Of a stretch of DNA of 64,000 nt, positions 11,332 through 22,270 are shown one piece after another; position 1 is the first letter of the stretch; every line of letters starts with the position of its first letter. The stretch covers positions 320,001-384,000 of the forward strand of contig CAVVMW010000015.1 in NCBI GenBank assembly GCA_963749495.1, written 5' to 3'. The translations under genes were made by a program, and so were the position numbers. Below the pieces are notes generated by a model. The model saw only the letters and a program-made list of their open reading frames with translations. It had not been told where the DNA came from and ran no database searches. The stretch is from an uncultured bacterium. GTDB taxonomy: Bacteria; Verrucomicrobiota; Verrucomicrobiia; Limisphaerales; UBA8199.

Positions 11332-13010
11332 GGGTCCCCCGCACAATTTGTGGGTGAAACAGCTGGACACGTGTTCAGTTCGGAGGGTTGACGTTGGTGA
11401 GTTGGGCGGTCGTGGAACATCCCGCGGCACGCTCCGCGACGAATCGAGCGGCCTAACGGCCGGAGAAGGACTTCAAGCAATTCCGGCGCGGCCAGGGTAT
11501 GGCTCCGGGCGGGGCTGTCAAGGTATTGCTCGCCACGTGCCCTCGTGCCCTGCTGCGCTCCACCTTGACAGCCCCGCCCTCCGCCATGATGCGCCGCTAA
11601 GGAATTGCTGGTGAAGGTGTGCTTGGCTCGGAGGGCTGCCCAGCGCCACAAAGCGATAGCTGATCTGCCTGGCTTGCGGTAGCCTGCGAGATGTGAAAAG
11701 CACGCCCGCCACCGAGCGGCAGACCAGCTATGCAATTGAAGGTTAAGACGGTTCTCAACGACATTCAACACTTTGTGGGCTTCGTTTACCAGGACATCCG
11801 CTTGTGCCGGGACCGCCGAGGCCGTGGCCGGCGGCTCGAAATCACCCTCCAACCCCATGGCGGCATTCCCGCCAAGTGCTCCCGGTGCCTGCAGCCAGTC
11901 CCCGGCTATGATCAGTTGCCCCAGCGGTCCTGGCTGTTTCCGCCGATGTGGGGCGTCAAGACCTATTTCCTCTACCCCCCGCGGCGGGTCAATTGTCCGC
12001 AGGACGGGGTGGTCGTCGAGCATATCCCCTGGAGCCAGGGCAAGCGGCCGGTGACGACGGCGATGATGGGCCTCTTGGCCCGGTGGGCCCGGCGGCTGTC
12101 CTGGAAGGAAACCGCCCAGGCCTTCCACACCAGTTGGGAGGCCGTCTACCGTTCGGTGCAGTGGTTCGTCCAATGGGGTTTGGAGCACCGGCGCCTGGAG
12201 GGTGTGGAGGCCATCGGAGTGGACGAGATCCATTGGGGCAAGGGCCAGAAGGCCGACAACTTCCTGACGGTGATTTACCAGATTGACCCCCACTGTCGGC
12301 GCTTGCTGTGGCTGGGTCGGCGGCGCACTCAAGCCACGTTGCGGCGGGGCTTGGCAGAATTGGGAGCCCCGGTGGTCAGCGCTCTGAAGTATGTGTGCAG
12401 CGACATGTGGAAGCCCTACCTGAAGGTGATCGCGGCCAAGATACCGCAGGCGCTCAACGTGCTGGACCGCTTTCATATCGTGGGGCACCTCAACGAGGCG
12501 GTGGACGAGGTGCGCCGGGGCGAGCAGTCGCGCTTGCACGGCCGGCCCCTGGCTCAGCGGCTCAAGGGCATGCGCTGGCAGTTGTTGCGCCGGGGCAGCC
12601 GGGTGCGGGGCCGTGCCCGCTCCAAGCTCAACGCCCTGTTGGCCAGCAAGCTGGCGACGGCACGGGCCTGGAACCTCAAGGAGAGCTTCGACTACCTTTG
12701 GCACTACCGTTCTCCGATCTATGTGGTGGCCTATCTGGGTTATTGGTGCGCTCGAGCCATGCGCAGCCGGCTCGAACCAATGAAGAAGGTGGCCCGGATG
12801 CTGCGCGCCCATGAGCCGTTGATCTTGAATTGGTTCGAGGCCAAAGGTGAGCTCTCCAGCGCCGCCGTCGAGGGCCTGAACAACAAGATTCGAGTGGTAA
12901 CCAGACGATCTTACGGCTTCCGCACCTATCCAGCCATGGAATTGGCCCTGTATCATTGCCTTGGCCGCTTACCTGAGCCTCGACTTACCCATACATTCTG
13001 CTGACCAGTC
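11332..13010 (+). mobile_element. ISL3-family insertion sequence
   Basis: 8-bp target duplication CACAAAAG at 11324-11331 and 13011-13018; imperfect terminal IRs (GCAcAATtTgTGGGT vs GCAgAATgTaTGGGT) in the same register. Confidence 0.88.
11730..13004 (+). CDS. ISL3-family DDE transposase
   Basis: CSRC Zn finger, IGVDEIH, VCSDMWKPY, LDRFHIV, VEGLNNKIRVVTRRSYGFR. Confidence 0.95.
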   Translation: MQLKVKTVLNDIQHFVGFVYQDIRLCRDRRGRGRRLEITLQPHGGIPAKCSRCLQPVPGYDQLPQRSWLFPPMWGVKTYFLYPPRRVNCPQDGVVVEHIPWSQGKRPVTTAMMGLLARWARRLSWKETAQAFHTSWEAVYRSVQWFVQWGLEHRRLEGVEAIGVDEIHWGKGQKADNFLTVIYQIDPHCRRLLWLGRRRTQATLRRGLAELGAPVVSALKYVCSDMWKPYLKVIAAKIPQALNVLDRFHIVGHLNEAVDEVRRGEQSRLHGRPLAQRLKGMRWQLLRRGSRVRGRARSKLNALLASKLATARAWNLKESFDYLWHYRSPIYVVAYLGYWCARAMRSRLEPMKKVARMLRAHEPLILNWFEAKGELSSAAVEGLNNKIRVVTRRSYGFRTYPAMELALYHCLGRLPEPRLTHTFC

Positions 13011-13041
13011 CACAAAAGTAAGCACGAGAGGAAAAGGACCC

Positions 13042-14012
13042 TCAGTCCGATTGCTGCAATGCTTCGACGGTATCTTCGATGAGCAGAGGCGGGCCTTGGC
13101 TCGGCCTCACGCGCACATGGCGCAAGGTGACATTCCTGGCGTATCCGATGCGCAGGCCCGCGCCGGCCTCTATCGAGATGTTCTCGAGCCGCAGTTCGCT
13201 CACTGGCATTTCCGGCAGACCCAAGATCATACCGGCGCTTCCCGAGGTACCGATGGCGATGAGGTTGCGCACGGTGAGTCGCCGCCAGATGGGAGTCTTG
13301 GCAGTGACGGGCGCTGCGGCGGTATGCTTGCCGGGCTCGGGCGGCTTCGGCAGCCCGGCGCCAAGCGGAAACGGATAATAGCTGTAATCGGCGAGCGGGT
13401 GAGGGTGACGCCGCTGAGCCGCACTCGCTGGCAGCGGTCGAAAACGATAAGGTGAGGCCGCGGTGCCGCGTCGTCGTGTTTGATGGGATCTTTGGCTCGC
13501 GCTCCTCGGACGCGTTCCCACCAGGCGTTGCCGTTGCCGTCAATGGTGCCTTCCCCCGAGAGGGCGATGTCGTGGCAGTCGCGTGCGGAGATAAGCGAAT
13601 GCACCTCGTCACCGTCTTGAGGGTAATCGCTAAACTCATCGGAAAACACCAGCCGCGCTCCGCGTTCGAGGCGCAGGTCGAGCTTGGCGCACAGATCGAT
13701 GGGTCCGGTGAAATACTCGCCGGCCGGCACAACGAGAATGCCTCCGCCGCCCTTTTCGACCGCCGCGATGGCGCGGCGAAAGGCCTCGGAATTCGAGGTC
13801 TTGCCGTCCGGGACGGCGCCGAAATCCGCCAGCGAGAATTTCCGGCTGGGAATATGCGGTTGGGCGGGAGCGATGTCCCCACCCGCGGCGTGCGCGAGCA
13901 GCACCAGTCCGGCTGCGGCGGACGCCAGGCTGGTCAAACCCGGTATGGGGCTGAAAGGTCTCAATCCAAAAGTCCTCCGCCGGTTTGCTGTGGTCGCTGG
14001 CTCATGCATCAT
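13042..14012 (-). pseudogene. GH28/pectin-lyase-fold glycosidase with catalytic core deleted
   Basis: FGAVPDGKTSNSEAF, GEGTIDGNGNAWW, RPHLI present; NTDG/GDD/GHG motifs absent; C-terminus in another frame (13042..13521). Confidence 0.75.
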
Positions 14013-14102
14013 TGGCCTGCAAATATGCCTGACGGCCTCTGCTTGTCTTGCACTTTCGGGCCAATCTTTTGGACTTTCCTCTTGACGGTCCACGCGGGAA
14101 AC

Positions 14103-15821
14103 CTAATTTTTCCTCTGATACACCCGCACGTAATCAACATACATGTCGGCGACCCCATCATAGCGGGACAAATCAACGGGCCATCCGCCCCCGGTGGCAA
14201 GATCGATCAGAAAAAAGAACGGGTTTTGCTTGGAGATCGGATATGTGGCGTGGCGGCCGACCTCGATGTTGTCGCAATAGTAGATCGTATCGGTCTCGGT
14301 GATTTTGCACCCATAGATGTGGAACGCCTCAAACCAAGCCGAAGGGATGCCGAACTTGCGCATGCGAATCGGATTGTGCATTCCTTCGAACGCCTTCTTC
14401 TCGAGGACCTTGCCGGCCTCGCCTTGGTTCCAGCAATGGGGGCAAATCATATACGTGTCGAACGCGTTAGGCTCGTGAAGTCCTTCCCCGCCGTAAGCTT
14501 CGATGATGTCCAACTCGTCACCCGGCGATTTGGCAGTCAGGAGCCAGAAGGCCGGCCACGTGCCAATGGCGTTCGGACCGATGAACCGGCATTCGAAATA
14601 GCAGGGAGCCTTGGCCGTGATGCCGCTGCCGTCGTTCTTCAGCGAGGAAATCAAGCCGGAACTCTTCGCCTTCTCACTCGCCCGGATCCGCAGATAGGAA
14701 TCCACCTGGCTAAAGGGATTGTTGGTTCTGTCAACACTCGTGAATCGAAGGGTGCTGAAGTCCTGCCATCCGTTCGGCGGCTTGTGATCGTAATAGGTGG
14801 CTTTGGGATCGGTGTCGGAAATGGAGAGCGGGCCTTTGAAGTCGTCGGCAAAGACCAGCGACATGCCCGTTGCGGCCGGAGGCGGGTCCTTGGGGATTCC
14901 TTCGTTCCAGGAAACGCCTCCCTTGTTGTAGAGCTGGAGGTAGCAATAGTCTTTAACGGTTCCGTTCTCGCCACTGATTCTCACCGTCACGGGGCCGTGT
15001 GGGTACTGCTCCGCCGGGAAGACGAACGAGCCGTTGCCTTTCGCATCGAGGGCAACAGTGGCAACCGTGGAATCAGACCCGAAGCCGTCGCCTTGCTTCC
15101 AGCATTTCACCGTCACGCTGTTGAAGCCCGGTGCCGCGAGAGTGACGAGGGTGTCACCTTGCACGTCAGAACAATATGCCGGCGATTCCACGGCCACCTG
15201 CCACCCGAGCGTTTCCTCCACGCTCTTCTGGGAATCGACGCTGAGGGAATCGAAGTACAGGTCCCCCTCGGCGGGCAACACCTTGCCATTTTCCATTGGC
15301 TGGCCGATGGTGAGGATGATCGCGCTGATCGGGTGGTCGAGGTTTCCGTTCTTGTCCCCGCCCCACGTCTCATGGGGAGCATCCAGGTCGAAGACGACTT
15401 CCTTCCAGCCAGTGAAATCGACGATCCCGCCTTGCCCCGCGCCGGTAGATAGCGACCGGTACTGATGCGTCTCACCACCGGCATCGGTCACCTGCAGGCC
15501 ATAGGAGCACTTGGAGTTGTCCCCCCTCAGCCAAAAACGCAGTTTATCGACGGGCGCCTGAAGCTTGACCTTGTTGGAGATGCCCAGGTATTGGAAATTC
15601 CCCGTGCCGAGGAAGTGGTAGTGCAGCTTCAGACACTGCTTGCCATCGTGGGGCTGATCGGTTGACAACTGGACCGAAGCATTCTCGTCGGGGATATTCA
15701 CGACCCACACCGTGGGCTGCGAGGAACCCTTCTCAAAATCCTGCACCGTCACGGGCGTGGCGGCCCATGCCGGCGCGCTCCCACAAATCAGCAGGACAGA
15801 TAATAGTAGGTGCTGTTTCAT
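14103..15821 (-). CDS. Secreted GH16-family glycoside hydrolase with N-terminal carbohydrate-binding module
   Basis: Signal peptide MKQHLLLSVLL; GTWPAFWLL, DELDIIE catalytic motif, MYVDYVRVYQ. Confidence 0.85.
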   Translation of the reverse strand: MKQHLLLSVLLICGSAPAWAATPVTVQDFEKGSSQPTVWVVNIPDENASVQLSTDQPHDGKQCLKLHYHFLGTGNFQYLGISNKVKLQAPVDKLRFWLRGDNSKCSYGLQVTDAGGETHQYRSLSTGAGQGGIVDFTGWKEVVFDLDAPHETWGGDKNGNLDHPISAIILTIGQPMENGKVLPAEGDLYFDSLSVDSQKSVEETLGWQVAVESPAYCSDVQGDTLVTLAAPGFNSVTVKCWKQGDGFGSDSTVATVALDAKGNGSFVFPAEQYPHGPVTVRISGENGTVKDYCYLQLYNKGGVSWNEGIPKDPPPAATGMSLVFADDFKGPLSISDTDPKATYYDHKPPNGWQDFSTLRFTSVDRTNNPFSQVDSYLRIRASEKAKSSGLISSLKNDGSGITAKAPCYFECRFIGPNAIGTWPAFWLLTAKSPGDELDIIEAYGGEGLHEPNAFDTYMICPHCWNQGEAGKVLEKKAFEGMHNPIRMRKFGIPSAWFEAFHIYGCKITETDTIYYCDNIEVGRHATYPISKQNPFFFLIDLATGGGWPVDLSRYDGVADMYVDYVRVYQRKN

Positions 15822-16152
15822 CGGAGTTTCTCGTTTCCCTCGGTGATCTGCTGGTGATAGATGTCGAAAAGCAACTGCATGTTGGGGCTGCCGACTTCGT
15901 CCAGGATCTGAAAGCCCTCGGCTGAGGTGGCCAGGAAATAGCCCTTGTGGTTCACCAGGACGTTCAGCGGCTCCATAACCAGGGCAATAACAGGGCTTCG
16001 ATACAGGCGGAGAGCCGGGGCCGAGCGGTCGCGCCAGCCGCGACTGCGGCCGAGATCGGTTGCGGTGACAGCCCACCGAGGGCGGCAAGCCCAGCGGCGA
16101 AGCCGACGGACTGATTCAGGAATTCACGGCGGTTCAGCGTAGTCTTGTTCAT
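15818..16152 (-). pseudogene. Tat-exported hydroxypyruvate-isomerase-like TIM barrel, internally deleted
   Basis: NRREFL Tat motif; shifted frame gives MEPLNVLVNHKGYFL...LLFDIYHQQITEGN. Confidence 0.7.
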
Positions 16153-16236
16153 AAACTCGATCGACGAACGTTCACGGAGGCGTATGCTCGCACGGGTCAT
16201 GGTGAGGATGCGCCGGCCCTTGGTCAAGGTCTTTGG

Positions 16237-19008
16237 CTAGCGACGCGCATCTCTCTCCGCCAAAGGGCGCAGTTCCTTCTCTGACAGGGCGCGTCCCCAC
16301 AAACCGAGGTCGGAGAAGGTGGCAGCCAGGAACTCGTTGCCATCGAAGTGCGGGTTGGCGCCCAAGGCGAAGTCCCGCGCAGTTGTGTGCATAAACTCGG
16401 GTGCCACGCCCGAACTGGCGGTATGACCGTCCATCCAGAGCGTAAGGGTTGCACCGCGCTTGGTTGCGGCCACGTGATGCCAACGCCCTGCCTCGATCTC
16501 AACGCCGGAGGTCCCGAAACTACCTCCCGCTTCGATTCGGGCAAAGAGCTTGCCGTTCTCCACTACTAACCGGAGCGGGTCGTCCAGGCCCGCTGCCCAC
16601 GCGCTGAAAACCTGGCCGATTCGTCCTTTGGGCAATTCGTCGATCCGCACCCGAACCGCGACCGTGAAATCCTCCTCGGGCCAGGATGGCACGGCGTAAA
16701 CCAACATCTGGTCGCGGCCATTGACCTGGGTTCCCTCGGAAGTGCGAGCGGTGACTTTCGCAGAACGCAGGGTGCCGAACCTGGGCGAAGTCTCTCCACG
16801 CAGAGCATCAAGGATGAGTTCGCCGTTCGGACCGAGCTTGGCCTCCGGCGGCAACACCTGCGCCGGGGCCTCGGCGGCCAACCTGAAGTGGGCCGGCGGA
16901 ACTTCGGGCGTCGTTTCGCCGCCTGGACTGCGAGTGACCACACGCCACCAAAGGTCCCTCCCGGTTGCAGTCGGGAGCACACTCAGGTCGAGGTCCAGGC
17001 GATTGCGCGCCGGGCAGTTGGTCTTCAGCAGGACCTTTGAGAAATCGGCGTGCGTGTCGATCTCCAGGCGGCAAGCCACATTCGAAAGGCCGCGAGGCTC
17101 GCGCCACTGAAAGCGGACCGGCCCTGGGCGCACTGATGCACCATCGGGCGGACATTGCGTAAAGGCGGGAGGCGGCAGGGGGGTGACGACAGAAAGCCAG
17201 GAACGGTAGCGGGTGCCAGCGGCCCCGGCGTCGGCAAAATCGACCAACCGCAAGACACCCCCGGCATCGACGGGCAAATCAAGGAGCACCCAGCTCTGCG
17301 GCTGCCAGGCGAGCGGGCTCGGGACGGGAGAAACCAACCGTGCTTCGCCGAGCCGAGCGAGGTTCACGGCCGGAAGCTTGTCCTCGTCGAATCGGTTGTG
17401 GGATTGATCGTAAGCCAACAACAAAGGACCACGGTAGAGTGAGACCTTGCCGGCCGCTTCGTTGGCGCCCGCAACCGCCCGCAAGCCAAAGTCGAACTCG
17501 AGCACCACTTCGTCTCCGGTTTTCCACCGGCGGCGAATCCCGAGAAAGGAACCCGCGGCCGGATGGGTCGCAACGTTCTCAAAGTTCGCGTGAACGCGTG
17601 TATTCGCCGACCAGGCCGGGATGCGCAGGCGCAAGGTCCAATCTTTGTCCCCGCTCGTGAAGAGGCGCACACGCTGGGAGTTGGTTCGCGGATAGTCCCG
17701 GTCGAGTTCCAGTCGAACTGCCCGGCCGGCGAGGGTAAGTGCGCACGCACCTGGCAGGTAACTATTGATGGCGAGGCCATCGGGCGCGGACATCACCGCC
17801 CATTCACTGAGCAGGCCGAGGACCCGCGGGCCGTTAACGGAGCAGCAGTTCAACTCGGGTGTGCCGGCGCGGGCCTGAAAGACAATGGTATGGGCGCTGG
17901 CTTCGCGGGCGCCGTCCATGGGGGTGTTGTAAGTCCACCAGCGCCCGCTGGGATGCTGTGCGCCCAGGCCCCCGTTGAAGGTCGCCAGTTCGAGTTCATC
18001 CGCCCCCAGGGGATCGCCGGTCAACCGCAGGTAATCGGCCGTCAACGTCATCCAGGCCACCGTGCAGCACGTCTCGATCGCCGTGGGGGCGTAAGGATTG
18101 CCCGTTGCCTGTTCGCCGGAGCTGAAGGCGCCGGTGTTGCGGCGATCCCAGCGTCGAATGCTACGCCAGTGATGAATGAAGGCGTCGCGGTACTTCGCCT
18201 CGCCGGTAATGCGCCAAAGTTCCACGAGCCCCTGTAGATCATGCAGGCTCTCCCAGCGCGGACGAGGCGATTGGAAATATTCCCGCCCGTCCAATCCGGC
18301 GCGCAGGTAATCGCCGGCCCGTTCCCAGTCTTTTTCCACCTCGCGTGCCATCAGCAGGTATCGCGGCTCGCCGGTGCGCCGGTGGAGCATGGCCAACCCG
18401 GTGAGAATAGACATGTTCATCTCCGGGTCGCCCGCGTCCAACACCCGACGACCGCTGTCGAGGTAGGTCCGGCAAACAAGGTCGGCAGCTTTTCGTGCCG
18501 CGTCGAGCGCGGCCGGATCCCCGGTGTGCTGGTGCCAGAGCACCAGGGCTTCAAGCGCGTGGTAATGGCCCCAGAGGTCCCAGTTCTTCAACAACCGCAT
18601 TTCTTTGGGGAAGGGACCAAGGTAACCGTCTTCGGCCTGGGTGGCAATAAAGGCAGCGACCACGTTGGACACCTGCGTTTGCAGGCGCGAGTCCTCGGTC
18701 AGCCGCAATGCCTGGATAGCGGAGATGAGGTACTTGCCGACAAATTCTCCCGCCCAAGGCACAAGCTGGGGCGCCGGTTGGCGGTCCCGCAACCTGAACA
18801 TCTCGAGCATGCCTGGATTGGCCTGTGGCGCACGCAGCAGCCAGTTGTTCACGTTGGCCTCGACCCGTTCGCCCACCAGCCCGGTGAATTTGAACTGGGC
18901 GCCTGACAAGGAGTCGAATGGCAACGAGCCGCGGTCCGGCTGCGGCTGCGCCAGCCCGCTCGCTGCCGCGATCCAGCATACCAGCAACAGGAATCTCATT
19001 AGTTGCAT
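16237..19008 (-). CDS. GH127/GH146-type beta-L-arabinofuranosidase with C-terminal LamG domain
   Basis: QAEDGYLG, ETCCTVAWM, NCCSVNGPR, LRLRIPAWS, YRGPLLLA; WHHVAAT LamG; 923 aa. Confidence 0.88.
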   Translation of the reverse strand: MQLMRFLLLVCWIAAASGLAQPQPDRGSLPFDSLSGAQFKFTGLVGERVEANVNNWLLRAPQANPGMLEMFRLRDRQPAPQLVPWAGEFVGKYLISAIQALRLTEDSRLQTQVSNVVAAFIATQAEDGYLGPFPKEMRLLKNWDLWGHYHALEALVLWHQHTGDPAALDAARKAADLVCRTYLDSGRRVLDAGDPEMNMSILTGLAMLHRRTGEPRYLLMAREVEKDWERAGDYLRAGLDGREYFQSPRPRWESLHDLQGLVELWRITGEAKYRDAFIHHWRSIRRWDRRNTGAFSSGEQATGNPYAPTAIETCCTVAWMTLTADYLRLTGDPLGADELELATFNGGLGAQHPSGRWWTYNTPMDGAREASAHTIVFQARAGTPELNCCSVNGPRVLGLLSEWAVMSAPDGLAINSYLPGACALTLAGRAVRLELDRDYPRTNSQRVRLFTSGDKDWTLRLRIPAWSANTRVHANFENVATHPAAGSFLGIRRRWKTGDEVVLEFDFGLRAVAGANEAAGKVSLYRGPLLLAYDQSHNRFDEDKLPAVNLARLGEARLVSPVPSPLAWQPQSWVLLDLPVDAGGVLRLVDFADAGAAGTRYRSWLSVVTPLPPPAFTQCPPDGASVRPGPVRFQWREPRGLSNVACRLEIDTHADFSKVLLKTNCPARNRLDLDLSVLPTATGRDLWWRVVTRSPGGETTPEVPPAHFRLAAEAPAQVLPPEAKLGPNGELILDALRGETSPRFGTLRSAKVTARTSEGTQVNGRDQMLVYAVPSWPEEDFTVAVRVRIDELPKGRIGQVFSAWAAGLDDPLRLVVENGKLFARIEAGGSFGTSGVEIEAGRWHHVAATKRGATLTLWMDGHTASSGVAPEFMHTTARDFALGANPHFDGNEFLAATFSDLGLWGRALSEKELRPLAERDARR

Positions 19009-19025
19009 GGGATGAGCCTATAGAT

Positions 19026-21470
19026 TCAGTTGGGCACTACGACCACGGTTTGATTCAGCTTCGGGGCGGTGGCCGGCCAGCGCAACAACGCGCCGCCGGC
19101 CGTTTCCATTTCGGCGAAGTACTCAAAGTCCTCTATCGCCGCCGGGAGCTTCGCCCGGTACGCCGCGCGGGCGAGGTGCGTCGCCGGCACCGTGCGCCAT
19201 TCGCCTCGGCCCAGCGGGCGGATTCTAACTACTACCGACTTGAGCGGGTGTTGGTCCAGGGCGGTGATCGGCAACACCAGTTGTTCGCCTTTGGCGGCAG
19301 AACCGCGCGCCGTCAGGATAACAACCCGAGCTGGGCCGCGGTACTCCTTCCACGGGTGAGCCGTGGCGGGCAACGGCTCGCCGAGAAGTTGCTCGAGCCG
19401 TTGGTCGTGCGCGACCAGGAATTGGGTCCGCAACAGCGACTGTTGTTCGATATTGACCACTGCGCCCATTTCGCTGGAGTTGCCCAAGGTGGCCAGCAAG
19501 CACCCGTACATTTCGCCGATAAGTTGGACCATCTGTTCGCGCAATGGCAAGGCCTCTTCGCGGGCCAGCCGGCGCTGTTCCTGTGGATTAGACTGTTTCT
19601 CGATTTGCTCGATGACCCGATCCAGTGCGCCCCGCGCGCAGCCCGCCTGCGCCATGCCCCGCGCGCTCCGGAAGGTGTTCAGCCACCAGTCGAACCGCTC
19701 GCGGTTGCCGGCCCTGCGAACCTTGGGGCTGAGCGCCGCCATTTCTTCGACGAAACGATATTGCCCGGCGACCTGCTCCCACGGCTGCCGGTTCACCATC
19801 ATGACCCCTGGCCCCCGATCCCAAGTGCTGGCGCGCGGGAAGTTGCCGTCGAGGCGCGCGAACATCTCCGCGATGGGCCCGGCAACCTCCGCGCCGAATT
19901 GGGCTCGCGCCCAGTCCTCATAAAAATCCCTGACGGGCAAAAACCGTGACTCACCTTCCGGCGCCGGGTCGGCGGCGAAGTCCTGGTCCCAGGCGGCTTG
20001 GGCGAGCGCCGAGATGTTGGGGCTGAGAATCCGCGTGCGCCAATGCAGCCCCATCAACCCGTTGCAGCCGTAGCTGCGGGCATCCACCGCGTCCTTGCGC
20101 ATGCGGCCCGCCCATAATTGCGGAGAACTCAACCCCGGATCGTCTTCGAACCAGGGAATCGCCCATTTCTGGCGGCCTCCCAGCCGTCCGAAATTCGGCG
20201 AGATCGGCGCGTTGCCGACCGACATGCTGATGGCGCTGAACGCCACCTCTTTGGGCAGCGCCTCATCCAGCGCGGGAAAGTTCTGTGTAATCCAGCCCCA
20301 ACCGCAGATGCCCAGCCCGAACGGCGCTTTGCTCTCCATCAGCGCCGCGCGAGCGCATTGCAGGTTCGTGATGAAACGCGCCTGGTCGATTTCGCCCTCG
20401 TGGCCCCAAATCCAATAGTAATCGATCGGGTACGCGCGCTGGACGCGGAGGAACATGCCCCGGTACAGCTTCTGGAGGGTGGCCGGGGCTTCCGGCTTCA
20501 GTCCCAATTCGCGCAACCGCGCCAACACCACTTCCGGCAGGTCGAGCGGCGACTCGGTTCCGAGGCAGGTCGTCATCCCGAGCCGATGCGCCTCCTCGAA
20601 CACCTCCTTCAACATCGCGCCGGTGCGGTTGATCAAGGCGGCGTTGGCAGCCGGGGTTCTCGGAAAAGGGAAATCGTCCGGTCCGTTCATCTCCGAGCCG
20701 TAGTTGTCCGACGGAAAAATCTCGGCCCCGCCAAAACTGTAGCTGGAGGTCTTGGCCGGGCTGTAACACCCGTAGGGCATGACCTTCGCAGTGGAGTACC
20801 ACGAAGCATAATCGCTGATTTTCACGGTCCCGTCGGCGTTCACATCCTCCGGCAAACCGAGCCAGACGGTTGGCTCGGGGCCGAGGTCTTTGTTGTGAAA
20901 CGGATAGGTGTGCAGTCCGATGAAATTCATCCGCATCTTCGTGGCCTGGCTCACCACCGATTTCCAGTCGTCAGTCCTCCACCAGTCCGGCCCTTCCGGG
21001 AAGTCGTGAAACGGCTGCAGTCCCCGCAACTCAAAGAGCGGCTTGCCGGTCTCCTCTTTCACTACCGGCAGTTCTTTCAGCCGCTCGTCAGGAATTACGT
21101 CGCCGTCGATTTGGAACCGCACCCCGAGTTTCTCCACGTAAGCATACGCGCCGTACAAGACCGCCACGTCGCTGCCGCCGGAGATCGTCGCCGTGGCGCC
21201 GTCCGACTTGAGCCGGTACTGCTGCGCGTCCAGGGCGGGATCAATCTTGAGCGCGAAGCCCTCCCCCTTTGGCGCAATTGCCCACAACGTGCCTGTGCGC
21301 AAATAGACGTACCGGCGAATCTCCCTGGCTGCGAGTTTCACCCGCGCAGGCGCCTCGGGCGGACAGACCACCACCCCGCCGGAAGCAACGCCCGCGAAGG
21401 CGAGGAGGAAAACCAGGGCAAGTGTTTTCAAGTCGTGTCTTGTCTGCTGAACCTTGATTGGGGTGGTCAT
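19026..21470 (-). CDS. Secreted putative glycoside hydrolase (GH67/GH20-like N-domain plus TIM barrel)
   Basis: Signal peptide, ISGGSDVAVLYGAYAY, RGLQPFHDFPEGPDWW, KMRMNFIGLH. Confidence 0.6.
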   Translation of the reverse strand: MTTPIKVQQTRHDLKTLALVFLLAFAGVASGGVVVCPPEAPARVKLAAREIRRYVYLRTGTLWAIAPKGEGFALKIDPALDAQQYRLKSDGATATISGGSDVAVLYGAYAYVEKLGVRFQIDGDVIPDERLKELPVVKEETGKPLFELRGLQPFHDFPEGPDWWRTDDWKSVVSQATKMRMNFIGLHTYPFHNKDLGPEPTVWLGLPEDVNADGTVKISDYASWYSTAKVMPYGCYSPAKTSSYSFGGAEIFPSDNYGSEMNGPDDFPFPRTPAANAALINRTGAMLKEVFEEAHRLGMTTCLGTESPLDLPEVVLARLRELGLKPEAPATLQKLYRGMFLRVQRAYPIDYYWIWGHEGEIDQARFITNLQCARAALMESKAPFGLGICGWGWITQNFPALDEALPKEVAFSAISMSVGNAPISPNFGRLGGRQKWAIPWFEDDPGLSSPQLWAGRMRKDAVDARSYGCNGLMGLHWRTRILSPNISALAQAAWDQDFAADPAPEGESRFLPVRDFYEDWARAQFGAEVAGPIAEMFARLDGNFPRASTWDRGPGVMMVNRQPWEQVAGQYRFVEEMAALSPKVRRAGNRERFDWWLNTFRSARGMAQAGCARGALDRVIEQIEKQSNPQEQRRLAREEALPLREQMVQLIGEMYGCLLATLGNSSEMGAVVNIEQQSLLRTQFLVAHDQRLEQLLGEPLPATAHPWKEYRGPARVVILTARGSAAKGEQLVLPITALDQHPLKSVVVRIRPLGRGEWRTVPATHLARAAYRAKLPAAIEDFEYFAEMETAGGALLRWPATAPKLNQTVVVVPN

Positions 21471-21923
21471 GCCGGCTTTGACGTTATACTTTGGTCACTG
21501 CCGCGGTGAAGGCGAGCGGCGCCCAGGACCACATCGCCAGGGCTGCGATGGGAAGGCTCGCGGGGCGGCGCATGATTTGATCGTTCATCAGGGTCACCAT
21601 TCTAGTCCTCCCTGAGCATCTCTGCATTGAAAAACCGATTCCAGGTTTGCTGGTCGCCAAGCCCTGAGGCTGGTCGGGACGGCAGGAGTGGCCAGTCTGG
21701 CTGAGGCACGCGGAGTCTTTCCCAGGCGAAGTTCACCCGAGTGAGCGGTGTTTCTCCCATTGGTCGAGTTCAAGTCCCCGAAGCCGGAGGGGCATAGCCG
21801 GAACGACCTGGCCTTCGCGTGTCACTGATCCTCACGCTTACGGAGATCGCATTTGTTGGTCGTAAGAAGGGAGTTATTACCCGGTCGTCAACTTGCCCTA
21901 CAGGCTGCGGCGGCCAAGCATGC

Positions 21924-21965
21924 TCCCTCTCCCCATCGGATGGGGAGAGGGCCGGGGTGAGGGGC
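21924..21965. repeat. Palindromic CCCTCTCCCC...GGGGAGAGGG repeat
   Basis: Same family as the insertion inside rtcB at 37592-37656. Confidence 0.75.
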
Positions 21966-22270
21966 CGTCCCTCTGTAGTGCATCCCACGGATTGCTCAGT
22001 AAACCCTCATCCCCAGATGCCCTCTGGCACCGAATTGGGCGGCGTGAAGGCCAACAGGTTGTCCCCAATTGGAGACACTCCGGGGCAAGCCCATCCCAGT
22101 GCAACGAGCCGGAGCCGCCTTCGATTTGGCCAGCACCTACGCAGACCGTCTCCAATTGGAGACAGTCTGGCCCGAACAGTTCCTTTAGTCCACGCGATGG
22201 AACCATCTCCACCGAGCGCGGATTTAGGTAACCCCTGGCAGCGAGAACACTCGTTCAGCTCCGGCCGCGT

